Positions 18,931 through 30,172 of a stretch of DNA of 53,577 nt are shown here, in pieces. Position 1 is the first letter of the stretch. Each line of letters opens with the position of its first letter. The DNA is from an uncultured Mollicutes bacterium (GTDB taxonomy: Bacteria > Bacillota_I > Bacilli_A > RFN20 > CAG-826): assembly GCA_900542595.1 (NCBI GenBank), contig UQOB01000002.1, positions 1 to 53,577 of the forward strand, in the 5' to 3' direction. The notes beneath the pieces were generated by a model. The model was not told where the DNA came from, ran no database searches, and saw only the letters and a list, made by a program, of their open reading frames with translations. The translations under genes and the position numbers were made by a program.

Positions 18931-19728
18931 ATGAAAAAGTTATTCATTCTCCCCCTTATCTTAATGTGTACCGGCTTAATGAGCTGCGACACCCAACCCA
19001 AGGATTACCTGATTTTTAAGAATGGGGATTTAAATAAAACTGAGAACACGTATTTAGTAAAAGAATATTTCATAAGCGCTGAAGAAATCATCAGTGACCT
19101 GGAAATGGGGAACGATGTCATCTTCTTTATCGCCAGTGAAGAATGTGAGCCTTGCTATTTCTTTGAAGAAGATTTTTGCCGTTTTATCAACGACACCGAA
19201 ATTGCTATCGGCGGCATTTATTGGGACGGAAATGATGAAACATATGGGGATTATGCTGGGGATTTTGAGATTTTAGAAAATTATTTTACGAGTAAAAATA
19301 ACTTTGAATTTGTGACACCCAGCCTTTACCTCGCGAAAGGAAAAGAGGTTACACAGCTTCAAAGAGGAAGAGTTGAATGGGATTATTTAACGAGAAGATT
19401 TAACTCCTATTGCAACACGAAAGATGTTTATCGTTATCGAACCTATGAAGGTTTTATGAATAGAAAAGACATGTCTAAACCTGCTTTCCTTTATTCATCG
19501 AGCGATGAAGAGGCAATCCACTATTACCAAAATTACCTTTTACCTTCTATCGAAGAGAAAAATCAATTGATTGATCTCATCGATTTTGATTTATTCTCAG
19601 ACCAAGAAAAAACCCAACTCCTTCAAGAATTGGGTCTTACGTCTTATGAAGCAGGAATGTTTATTTCGAAGAAATTTCTTCCACTTTCGACGCTTACGGA
19701 AGAACTTTTTTCCCTTTCTTTGCTCTGA
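18931..19728 (+). CDS. lipoprotein with a thioredoxin-like CxxC motif
   Basis: Signal peptide plus lipobox MKKLFILPLILMCTGLMSC. CEPC motif in FFIASEECEPCYFFE. ATG 18931 is preferred over GTG 18928. Confidence 0.65.
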   Translation: MKKLFILPLILMCTGLMSCDTQPKDYLIFKNGDLNKTENTYLVKEYFISAEEIISDLEMGNDVIFFIASEECEPCYFFEEDFCRFINDTEIAIGGIYWDGNDETYGDYAGDFEILENYFTSKNNFEFVTPSLYLAKGKEVTQLQRGRVEWDYLTRRFNSYCNTKDVYRYRTYEGFMNRKDMSKPAFLYSSSDEEAIHYYQNYLLPSIEEKNQLIDLIDFDLFSDQEKTQLLQELGLTSYEAGMFISKKFLPLSTLTEELFSLSLL

Positions 19729-20932
19729 CGAATTGATCGAAGGCTAAACCATCTTCGAAATTCTTAAATTTAGCGTAATAGTATTCATCCCCCATAGCGC
19801 TCGCGATGTGCTTCGGGTAACGGCCACTCATGCAGAGATTGTTCTTAAATTTTTCTTTGATTTCGTCGATGGTATGAACGTAATCATAGACATCTAACCG
19901 ACTGACCGCGAAAGCGTAGAACTTTTCTTTATTCATGTCTTGCCGGTTTTCATCGTACTTCACCACATCCGCGTAAATCTGATAACAACTCACACTATTA
20001 GCAAAGTCAATTAAGTCAGGAGTGTAGCCTCCCGCTGGACGCATATTGCATTCTAAGGCCACCACGTCACCTTTTTTCCCTAAACCTGGGTGATCCTTGG
20101 TTAAAAGGAAGAACTCGATATGGAAAAATCTCTTTTTAATCCCGAAACTTTTAACGACTCGTTGCCCGATTTCTTTAAAAGCTTCTTTATCCATATCGAT
20201 GAAGGGTAAATCAAAGGGATTAGTGTAGTAATATTCGTCTAAAGCGTCATTCACAATGTCCGCGACAGGAGTCGGGAAATGGTCGGTAGTCATAAAGACG
20301 ACGTCACTATGGGAGTTACAGATACCATCGAAACTAACGATGGTGCCTTCCACAAATTCTTCCATGATGTAGGTTTCCGGAAGGTCTTTTTCTAAGAAAT
20401 GTTTTACTTCGTCTTCATTGCTGAGTTTAAAGGAATCGGTCGCTCCGACCCCAACATTAGGTTTTACGAAGACAGGATAATTAACTTCTTTCGCGAAGGC
20501 TAAAGCTTTCTCTAAGTCTTTCGGTCCATCGACTAAGGTGTAACGCATGACTTTCGCTCCGGCATTGATAAAGCACTCCTTCATCGCGCTCTTAGCCTTA
20601 ATCTTTTCCATATCTTCCGGATAGAAACCGGTAGTGACATTGAAGGCTTTTCTTAAGACGCTATCGTTATAAAGCCACCATTCGTTATCGCTTTCGATGT
20701 AGTCAATTTTCCCGTATTTATCTTGGAAATATTGGCAGGCTTTCTTTAAATCTTCGATGTTGGAAAGATCTTTAACAAAGTAATATTCAGTTAAAGCATG
20801 AAGTAAACGCGGATGGACATCATATAAAGGGCTGTCCCCAATGCCGAGGACAGTGATTCCATGATCTTTGAGGGCTTCCGCCCATTTATAGTAACGGACC
20901 GGGAAGTTCGGTGAGATAAAGACGAAATTCAT
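19694..20932 (-). CDS. ATP-grasp domain protein, substrate unknown
   Basis: 412 aa with a pre-ATP-grasp Rossmann-like N-terminus. The central part (PVFVKPNVGVGATDSF, IMEEFVEG, ECNMRPAGG) is typical of ATP-grasp ligases. AGGAG lies 6 nt upstream of the ATG. Confidence 0.75.
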   Translation of the reverse strand: MNFVFISPNFPVRYYKWAEALKDHGITVLGIGDSPLYDVHPRLLHALTEYYFVKDLSNIEDLKKACQYFQDKYGKIDYIESDNEWWLYNDSVLRKAFNVTTGFYPEDMEKIKAKSAMKECFINAGAKVMRYTLVDGPKDLEKALAFAKEVNYPVFVKPNVGVGATDSFKLSNEDEVKHFLEKDLPETYIMEEFVEGTIVSFDGICNSHSDVVFMTTDHFPTPVADIVNDALDEYYYTNPFDLPFIDMDKEAFKEIGQRVVKSFGIKKRFFHIEFFLLTKDHPGLGKKGDVVALECNMRPAGGYTPDLIDFANSVSCYQIYADVVKYDENRQDMNKEKFYAFAVSRLDVYDYVHTIDEIKEKFKNNLCMSGRYPKHIASAMGDEYYYAKFKNFEDGLAFDQFVRAKKGKKVLP

Positions 20933-21047
20933 AGTAACTCCTATTTCCGCGTCAATTATAAAAGCAAAAACTAAGTCTTAAAACTTTTAGTTTTAATTTT
21001 TTTACAAGTGAAAATGGTTTAGAAGTTAAATCAAAGATAAGGAATCT

Positions 21048-23570
<2,523 letters not shown>

Positions 23571-23574
<4 letters not shown>

Positions 23575-25082
23575 GGTTTCCTCTTTAAGTAATCAGTGAT
23601 GATATCGACCAATTTTTCGGAGTTTTCATCCGTTAAATCATGAGTCTTATCAATCTCATCTAATAAGTCTTGATGTCCAGCGTGGAGATAGACTTTGATA
23701 TCGGTTAGGAGTTGACTGACGTCTTTTTTATCGATGTCATCAAAGAAACCCTTTTGCACGATGAAAATATCTAAGATTTCATCGATTTCTTTTAAAGGTT
23801 TATAGTTCCATTGTTTTAAAGCTTCCATCACCACTTCCCCGTGGTGGAGAATCTTTCTCGTCGATTCATCGAGGTCACTTCCAAATTGGGCGAAACTTAA
23901 GTTTTCCCGGTAGTTAGCGAGGGAAATCTTTAAGCCCTTCGACACCTTCTTCATCGCGTTATGTTGAGCGGAACTTCCGACCCGGGAAACGCTGAAACCA
24001 CTATCGACCGCCGGTCTTTGCCCAGAGGTAAAGTAATCGGTGATTAAGAAGATTTGGCCGTCCGTAATGGAAATGACATTTGTCGGAATGTAAGCGGAAA
24101 TATCACCGGCTTGGGTTTCGATGATCGGGAGAGCGGTAATCGAGCCACCGCCGTATTCTTTACTGAGTTTACAGGCCCGTTCAAGGAGTCTGGAATGGAG
24201 GTAGAAAATATCACCAGGATAGGCTTCCCGTCCTGGAGAACGTCTTAAAAGAAGCGACAAGGCCCGGTAGCTCACCGCGTGTTTACTTAAGTCATCGAAA
24301 ACGATGAGGACGTCTTGCCCTTGCTCCATCCACTCTTCCGCTATTGCCATCCCGGCGTAGGGGGCGATATAGAGTTCCGGAGCGCTATCGCTGGCACTAG
24401 CATTCACAACCACCGTGTACTTTAAAGCGCCGGCTTGTTTGAGTTTATAAGTCAAGGTAGCGACGGAAGAGTTCTTCTGACCAATCGCGACATAGATACA
24501 TTTAACATTTTGATCTTTTTGATTGATGATGGTGTCGATAGCGATGCTGGTTTTCCCAGTTTGCCGGTCCCCGATGATGAGTTCCCGTTGTCCCCGACCG
24601 ATTGGAATCATCGTGTCGATAGCTTTGATACCAGTTAAGAGCGGTTCATTGACACTTTCCCGTTTCATGACCCCGGGAGCGATTCTTTCAATCGGTCTCG
24701 TTTTTTCGTACGTTAAAGGTCCCACATCATCGATTGGGATACCTAAAGCGTTAACCACCCGCCCTAAAAGGCCATCCCCGACCGGGACTTCCACCACCCG
24801 ACCGGTGGATTTAACAGTGTCACCTTCTTTAACGAGTTCTTCCCCGTTAAGGACGACCGCGCTCACGGTATCGAGGTTAAGGTTCATTACCATCCCGAGG
24901 ATATCATGCGGGAAGAGTAAAAGCTCACCTAACATCGCTTGTTTTAAGCCGTAGATTGTCGCGATACCGTCGCCGTAGCTGATGACAGTTCCAACTTTAT
25001 TGACCGCCATTTCGCCTTTAAAGGAGGCGATTTGACTTTTGATCAACGCGCTGATTTCTTCCGGTGTCATGTTTTTATTCAT
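23571..25082 (-). CDS. atpA: F1 ATP synthase alpha subunit
   Basis: 503 aa. Motifs: [19 protein letters not shown]. Confidence 0.97.
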
Positions 25083-25623
25083 AATCGTTCTCCTTTAAAA
25101 GGGCCTTCCTCAGTTCGTTAAGTTTCTCAAGCAAGGTATCATCATAGACTTGGTCATCGATGAAGATTTTCACCCCAGCTAAAAGGGAACTGTCGACGAT
25201 ATTTTGGAAGCTGACTTTCTTTTTAAGTTTTTGGCTAAATAAGGTTTCAAATTTCTTAATCTGAACATCTTTTAAGGGTCTCGCCGAATAGATGATCCCT
25301 AAGAGTAAGCCGAATTCATCGCTATAGAGTTTCTTATAAGCCTCTAAGATTTCTTCATAACGATTGATGAAATGCCGTTTGACCGCTAAAGAAAGGAAGG
25401 GAAAAAGATAAGTTAAAGAATAGTTATCCGTCAAAGTTTTTAAGACTTCCAGTTTCTTTTCCACTGGAATCTCATAGCTTTCGAGGAAGGTTAATAAATC
25501 TTCCCCTCTTTTTAGCGAGGGGGCTAAAGATTGAAGAGCCTCTAAGTACGGGGTTTTTTCTTCCTTGCTTAAAAGAAGATAAAGCCCCTTAGCTAAAGTT
25601 AAATCTTCACTTGTCGGATTCAT
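25075..25623 (-). CDS. atpH: F1 ATP synthase delta (OSCP) subunit
   Basis: 182 aa. Assigned from its position between atpF and atpA and its helical OSCP-like composition. Confidence 0.8.
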   Translation of the reverse strand: MNPTSEDLTLAKGLYLLLSKEEKTPYLEALQSLAPSLKRGEDLLTFLESYEIPVEKKLEVLKTLTDNYSLTYLFPFLSLAVKRHFINRYEEILEAYKKLYSDEFGLLLGIIYSARPLKDVQIKKFETLFSQKLKKKVSFQNIVDSSLLAGVKIFIDDQVYDDTLLEKLNELRKALLKENDYE

Positions 25624-26164
25624 CTTTCTTCTCCTTTAAAGATTTGAGAATGTCTTTTTGAAGTTTCTCATCATCTTTTTCTGTCACCTCTCTCTGCAAG
25701 AGTTTAGCGCTGGCTTGCATGGCGACATCGACAATTTCCTTGTTGAGCGAGGCTTTCGCTTTCTGCTTTTCTCGTTCAACTTCTTCTAACATCTCCGCTT
25801 TCATAGCAGCGACTTCTTGCTTGGAACTTTCGATGCTGTCTTGCTTTAATTTTTCACCAGTCTTCCTCGCTTCATCGACGATGACGTAGGCTTTCTTTTC
25901 GGCGTCATGGACGATGTGGCGGGTTTCCTTTTCTCTTTTTTCCATCGTGGCCTTGGCTTTTTCGCTATCTTCGATGTTTCCTTTGACGTAGTCTTTTCTA
26001 GCTTTTAAATAACGTTTAACAGGTTTATACGCTACAAAATAAAGGATGACAAAAGTCACGATCAAAGCGAGAAGATTGATAATAAAACTCCAAAAGTTCG
26101 GAATCAGTTTATTAAGAAAATCTTCCGGGGTAAAAGGGTCCGATAACAATAAGAGAAAAGGCAT
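25607..26164 (-). CDS. atpF: Fo ATP synthase b subunit
   Basis: 185 aa with a single N-terminal TM helix followed by a long charged helix. Confidence 0.8.
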   Translation of the reverse strand: MPFLLLLSDPFTPEDFLNKLIPNFWSFIINLLALIVTFVILYFVAYKPVKRYLKARKDYVKGNIEDSEKAKATMEKREKETRHIVHDAEKKAYVIVDEARKTGEKLKQDSIESSKQEVAAMKAEMLEEVEREKQKAKASLNKEIVDVAMQASAKLLQREVTEKDDEKLQKDILKSLKEKKDESDK

Positions 26165-26168
26165 AAGC

Positions 26169-26411
26169 TTACGCTCTGGCTCCTAAGATGAAGATGATGA
26201 GAATCGCCACGATTAAGCAGTAAATAGCGGTACTTTCATCGAGGGCGACCCCGATGATCATCGTGCTTTGAAGTTTCCCGTGCATCTCCGGATTTCTGAC
26301 CATCCCATCGATAGCGTGGCTGATGATCCAAGCTTCCCCGATGGAGCTTAAGCACCCGAAGGCTACTGCGATGGCCGCCGCAATGGCGATTAAACCTAAG
26401 TTGATATCCAT
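26169..26411 (-). CDS. atpE: Fo ATP synthase c subunit (proteolipid)
   Basis: 80 aa helical hairpin with the RNPE loop and the ion-binding Glu in ALDESTAIY. GGGAGG lies 8 nt upstream of the ATG. Confidence 0.9.
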   Translation of the reverse strand: MDINLGLIAIAAAIAVAFGCLSSIGEAWIISHAIDGMVRNPEMHGKLQSTMIIGVALDESTAIYCLIVAILIIFILGARA

Positions 26412-26436
26412 AAGTTTTTCCTCCCGATATCAAATT

Positions 26437-27324
26437 TTATCCTATCTCCGTTCTCAGTTCGAGTTGCTTAGCTTGCTCCACTTCTTCTTCGGAAGGCATT
26501 TCTTGAGCGATCCAAAGAGCAGAAAGCGAAGCGAAGACTAAAGTCTGAACCGCGGAGCTGAATAAACTAAAGTAAAGATTGAGGACGCCGGCGAAGATGG
26601 GGCTTAACCAGATCGACGTCCAAGCGTAATTGTGGGAAACGTCCCACGAGGGCCAATAATTAGCGTACGCCATATCGGCGAGGCCAAAGAGATTGAAAAT
26701 AGCATCGGTTGCTCCTCCGAGCGCCCACTGAACGAGCCCGATGATGATACTCCCAGCTAAACAGTTCCCAAATAACCGCATGGAGGTGGAAATAATCGGG
26801 CTCCACATCGTGATTAGGTTAACTGGTAAGAAAATGGCAAACGGTTCCACATAGCGGTGGAAATAGTGAAGATGTTGATAACGTAACGCTGTCACTTGAA
26901 TCATCACAAACATGACGATCGATAAAGATAACGGAGCGGCTAACCAGTCGATAACTGAGGGAATCCCGAACAAAGAAATGTTAAACGCGAGAAAAAGATA
27001 AGCGAAAAGGGTGAAGAAGTAGCCCGCCCAAGCGTCTTTGGTTGGACCCATCTTATCTTTGGTGAATTTATCGATGAAATCGTAATAGATTTCGACTAAA
27101 AGCATGAAACCTTTCGGCTCTTGGAGATACTTTTTCTTCTTTAATCCGTAGGTCGCTTTGATTCCGATGATGACACCGAGAATGATTAAAACAATCATCA
27201 CGATGAGGGATGTATAAAGAGGAGCGTCGATATTCCAATCAAAGAAATGGGCGATCTTATAGTTAAAATCAACCGTTTCTTCCAGATTATTCGCTAAAAG
27301 AAGAGCCTCATTCATGCTGCTCAC
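26437..27324 (-). CDS. atpB: Fo ATP synthase a subunit
   Basis: 295 aa, polytopic. Contains the conserved stator Arg motif SMRLFGNCLAG. Confidence 0.9.
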   Translation of the reverse strand: MSSMNEALLLANNLEETVDFNYKIAHFFDWNIDAPLYTSLIVMIVLIILGVIIGIKATYGLKKKKYLQEPKGFMLLVEIYYDFIDKFTKDKMGPTKDAWAGYFFTLFAYLFLAFNISLFGIPSVIDWLAAPLSLSIVMFVMIQVTALRYQHLHYFHRYVEPFAIFLPVNLITMWSPIISTSMRLFGNCLAGSIIIGLVQWALGGATDAIFNLFGLADMAYANYWPSWDVSHNYAWTSIWLSPIFAGVLNLYFSLFSSAVQTLVFASLSALWIAQEMPSEEEVEQAKQLELRTEIG

Positions 27325-27799
27325 CTTCTTTTTCCTTTACCGGAACATTTTTGATTTTTCTCGCTTCCACTAAATGGAAGAAAAACATCAGGAAAAACGA
27401 AGGAAGGAGAGACGCGGCTGCCGTCCAGAAATTAAACCCGGTGAAATTATTGAGCCATTCGGGTTTAAAGGTCGATAAAGCAGCTAAGACCAGGACGACA
27501 ATATAAAGTAAGAATCTTAAGAAAAAGGAAAGGATGGCCCCACCCATCATTTTGCCGCTACTACCGGACGTGTTGAGTAAGACTTTCGCCATAAAGATGA
27601 TGCTCCAACAAGCAAAAACGCTGACGACGGAACCTAAGAGCCAGCCTAAGGGATACGCTCCTAAAGGGTAACCGCTTTCGGCGTGGAAAAAGAAGAGAGG
27701 AAGCTGGATAAGAAAACCAAAAACCGCGATGACGATGGTCCAGAATAAAGTCCGCCCATTGACGTCGAGTTTGATGTACTTTTCCACTACCTTTTTCAT
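27308..27799 (-). CDS. small membrane protein at the head of the atp operon (AtpI-like by position)
   Basis: 163 aa with about 4 hydrophobic helices. It overlaps the atpB start by 17 nt. The call rests on position only. Confidence 0.45.
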   Translation of the reverse strand: MKKVVEKYIKLDVNGRTLFWTIVIAVFGFLIQLPLFFFHAESGYPLGAYPLGWLLGSVVSVFACWSIIFMAKVLLNTSGSSGKMMGGAILSFFLRFLLYIVVLVLAALSTFKPEWLNNFTGFNFWTAAASLLPSFFLMFFFHLVEARKIKNVPVKEKEGEQHE

Positions 27800-27819
27800 A
27801 ATCTAAATATTAGCGGTTT

Positions 27820-27847
27820 ATTATATAATGTCTCGCTTTTTCTTCAA
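27820..27847 (-). promoter_or_regulatory. candidate atp operon promoter TTGAAG-16-TATAAT
   Basis: On the minus strand: -35 TTGAAG (27842-27847), 16-nt spacer, -10 TATAAT (27820-27825), about 20 nt upstream of ATG 27799. Confidence 0.5.
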
Positions 27848-27869
27848 TAAAAATCGCCATAATCGTTCG

Positions 27870-28394
27870 TTATCGATCGATTACTTCTACTTGTAGGTTT
27901 TTTAGCTCGTTAACAGCGACCTCTTCGATATAATCGCTTAAGGTCTTACAACCCTTTAAATCCACCACGATGTGAGCGTTCGGAAGGGCGCTTTTACACA
28001 TCACCGCGTTACTTAAAACGCAGATAGCTAAATCGAGCCCCACGATGGTAATTTCATCGTAATTTTGGTCTTTTAAGAGTTCTGCTAAAGTGAGCGAGGG
28101 AAAGGTATTTTTCTCAATAACCTCGTAATTCTTGGATATTTTTTCTAATTCTCCATAAAACTCCCAGCCCTTAGTGCCTTTGATACAGTGCTTGATAGGG
28201 AGGTGTTTTCCTTCTTCCGTCGAAAGGTAATTTTCTTCATGGGTATCCCGGGTAAAGATGATGTCATCCCCCTCTTTTTGGTATTCTTCAATCAAGTTAA
28301 GAATATGGGGGTAACATTTTTCACTATCTTTGGTAGCGAGGGCCATATCGACGAAGTCATTTTGGTAGTCGACAATCAACAATAATTTTTTCAT
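27870..28394 (-). CDS. pncA: isochorismatase-family cysteine hydrolase (nicotinamidase/pyrazinamidase-like)
   Basis: 174 aa. LLIVDYQNDF (catalytic Asp) and GLDLAICVLS (catalytic Cys). Confidence 0.8.
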   Translation of the reverse strand: MKKLLLIVDYQNDFVDMALATKDSEKCYPHILNLIEEYQKEGDDIIFTRDTHEENYLSTEEGKHLPIKHCIKGTKGWEFYGELEKISKNYEVIEKNTFPSLTLAELLKDQNYDEITIVGLDLAICVLSNAVMCKSALPNAHIVVDLKGCKTLSDYIEEVAVNELKNLQVEVIDR

Positions 28395-28467
28395 AACAAT
28401 AATATTGTAGAAAGAAAAGAAAAATAATGAAACGAAAAAGGCACTTCACATATAATGATGTAAGCGC

Positions 28468-28496
28468 TTGCATAGATTAAGCGTTCCCTCTATCAT
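28468..28496 (+). promoter_or_regulatory. candidate promoter TTGCAT-17-TATCAT for the udk-like gene
   Basis: -35 at 28468-28473 and -10 at 28491-28496. AAGGAG (28509-28514) lies 5 nt before ATG 28520. Confidence 0.45.
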
Positions 28497-28519
28497 AAAG
28501 TGCTTAGCAAGGAGCTATT

Positions 28520-30172
28520 ATGTCATTCAAAGTAACTTATAACGGAAAAACAGAAACCTTCGATAAGAAGGTCAAGGTCATCGACTTATTGACCGATGAA
28601 CAAAGAAAAGAAAGAAAAATTATCTCCAGCCGGGTGAATAACCTCATTAGAGAATTAACGTATGAAATCTATTATGATGCGGAAGTCGAATTCTTAACCT
28701 TAGAAGACCATGAAGCGATGAAGATTTATGAGGCGTCACTTCGCTATATTGTCGCGATGGCGTTCCGCCGGTGTTATCCGGACCTCCACATCCGCTTTGC
28801 CTATAACCAAAGCCGCTGCATCTCCATCCACTTATTGGACCCGAAAGTCGTCAGTAACACCGCAATGTTAATTAAAATCAATCACGAAATCGAACACATC
28901 GTGAAATCTGACTTCCCTTTAAAACGGATGGTTGTGCCCAACGAAGAAGCTAAAAAGATTTATGAAGAACGGGGTTTCGATGATAAACTCGCGATTCTTC
29001 CTTTTAGACCTGAAAAAACCGTCCACTTCTACGAATGCGACGGCTATTTGGACTACATGTATTCCCACTTAGTTCCTTCCACCGGTTATATCACCGATTA
29101 TAAACTCCGTCTTTACTCACCGGGTTTCCTCCTTCAATATCCCAGAAGCGAAACCAACGGGAGAATCCCACCCTTTGAAGAAGCGCCGACCTTTAGCCGG
29201 ACTTTAAAAGAAGCTCATGACTGGGCGAAGATTGTCGGGATGGATACCGTCGCGAAAATCAATCAAAAGATTCAAACGACCCCTGACGTCGAATTCATCA
29301 ACATCTGTGAAGCCCGCCATAACCGGATGCTCGCAGAACTCGGCCAATTAATTGAAGACGATATCGAAGATATCCGCCTGATCTGTGTCGCCGGTCCTTC
29401 TTCTTCTGGTAAGACGACTTTTGCTAACCGCTTAAGAATTGAGCTTCTTTCAAGAGGTATCAGCCCCATCCGGATTTCGATCGATGATTACTATAAACCG
29501 AAACACTTGGTTCCCGTCGATGAAGATGGGGAACCGGATTTAGAATCCCTCGGGGCCTTAGACGTTGAACTCTTTAACGAAAACATGTTCGACTTAATCA
29601 ATGGTAACGAAGTGCAACTTCCGAAGTTTGATTTTAAACTTGGAAAGAGAGTCCCAGGAAGAATCGTTAAACTCTCCACTCATCAACCGATCATCATCGA
29701 AGGCATTCACGCGTTAAACGATAAACTCACCACCTCTATTCCGAAGAGCAATAAATTTAAAATCTTTATTTCTCCCCAAATGCAGATCAATCTCGATGAC
29801 CATAACCCGGTCAGCTTGACGGATTTACGGCTGTTAAGAAGAATCGTCCGTGACCAAAAGTTTAGAAAAGCTCCGGTCGAAGAAACTTTAGGGATGTGGC
29901 CAAAGGTCCGAGCGGGTGAATTTAAATGGATTTATTCCACTCAAGAAGGAGCGGACTATATCTTTAACTCCTACCTGCCTTATGAACTTCCGTTGATGAA
30001 AAAATACGCGGAACCACTGCTCAGAACCATCACCAAAGAAAGCCCCTATTTCGGGGTGGCAGAACGATTGTTGAGAATGCTTAAATTCTTCTTACCCTTC
30101 AGCGATAACTGGGTCCCCTCTAACTCCTTGATGAGAGAATTCATCGGGGGCAGCTGCTACGCTGACGTATGA
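28520..30172 (+). CDS. uridine-kinase/PRK-family P-loop kinase with an N-terminal TGS/ThrRS-SAD-like extension
   Basis: 550 aa. Walker A VAGPSSSGKTTFANRL sits in the C-terminal half. The N-terminal half resembles the ubiquitin-like and second-additional domains of ThrRS. Confidence 0.7.
   Translation: MSFKVTYNGKTETFDKKVKVIDLLTDEQRKERKIISSRVNNLIRELTYEIYYDAEVEFLTLEDHEAMKIYEASLRYIVAMAFRRCYPDLHIRFAYNQSRCISIHLLDPKVVSNTAMLIKINHEIEHIVKSDFPLKRMVVPNEEAKKIYEERGFDDKLAILPFRPEKTVHFYECDGYLDYMYSHLVPSTGYITDYKLRLYSPGFLLQYPRSETNGRIPPFEEAPTFSRTLKEAHDWAKIVGMDTVAKINQKIQTTPDVEFINICEARHNRMLAELGQLIEDDIEDIRLICVAGPSSSGKTTFANRLRIELLSRGISPIRISIDDYYKPKHLVPVDEDGEPDLESLGALDVELFNENMFDLINGNEVQLPKFDFKLGKRVPGRIVKLSTHQPIIIEGIHALNDKLTTSIPKSNKFKIFISPQMQINLDDHNPVSLTDLRLLRRIVRDQKFRKAPVEETLGMWPKVRAGEFKWIYSTQEGADYIFNSYLPYELPLMKKYAEPLLRTITKESPYFGVAERLLRMLKFFLPFSDNWVPSNSLMREFIGGSCYADV

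Noticed and set aside
19694-20932. ATP-grasp gene as a RiPP (graspetide/microviridin-type) maturase
   Set aside because: No small precursor-peptide ORF, transporter or protease is adjacent. The flanking genes are a lipoprotein and the atp operon. The N-terminal pre-ATP-grasp domain looks like the metabolic ligase type.
26236-26433. 65-aa minus-strand ORF overlapping atpE, and the 72-aa plus-strand ORF 26323..26541
   Set aside because: They are alternative or antisense frames of the well-supported c-subunit gene, which has a GGGAGG SD and conserved motifs. Their translations are Arg/His-rich and show no family resemblance.
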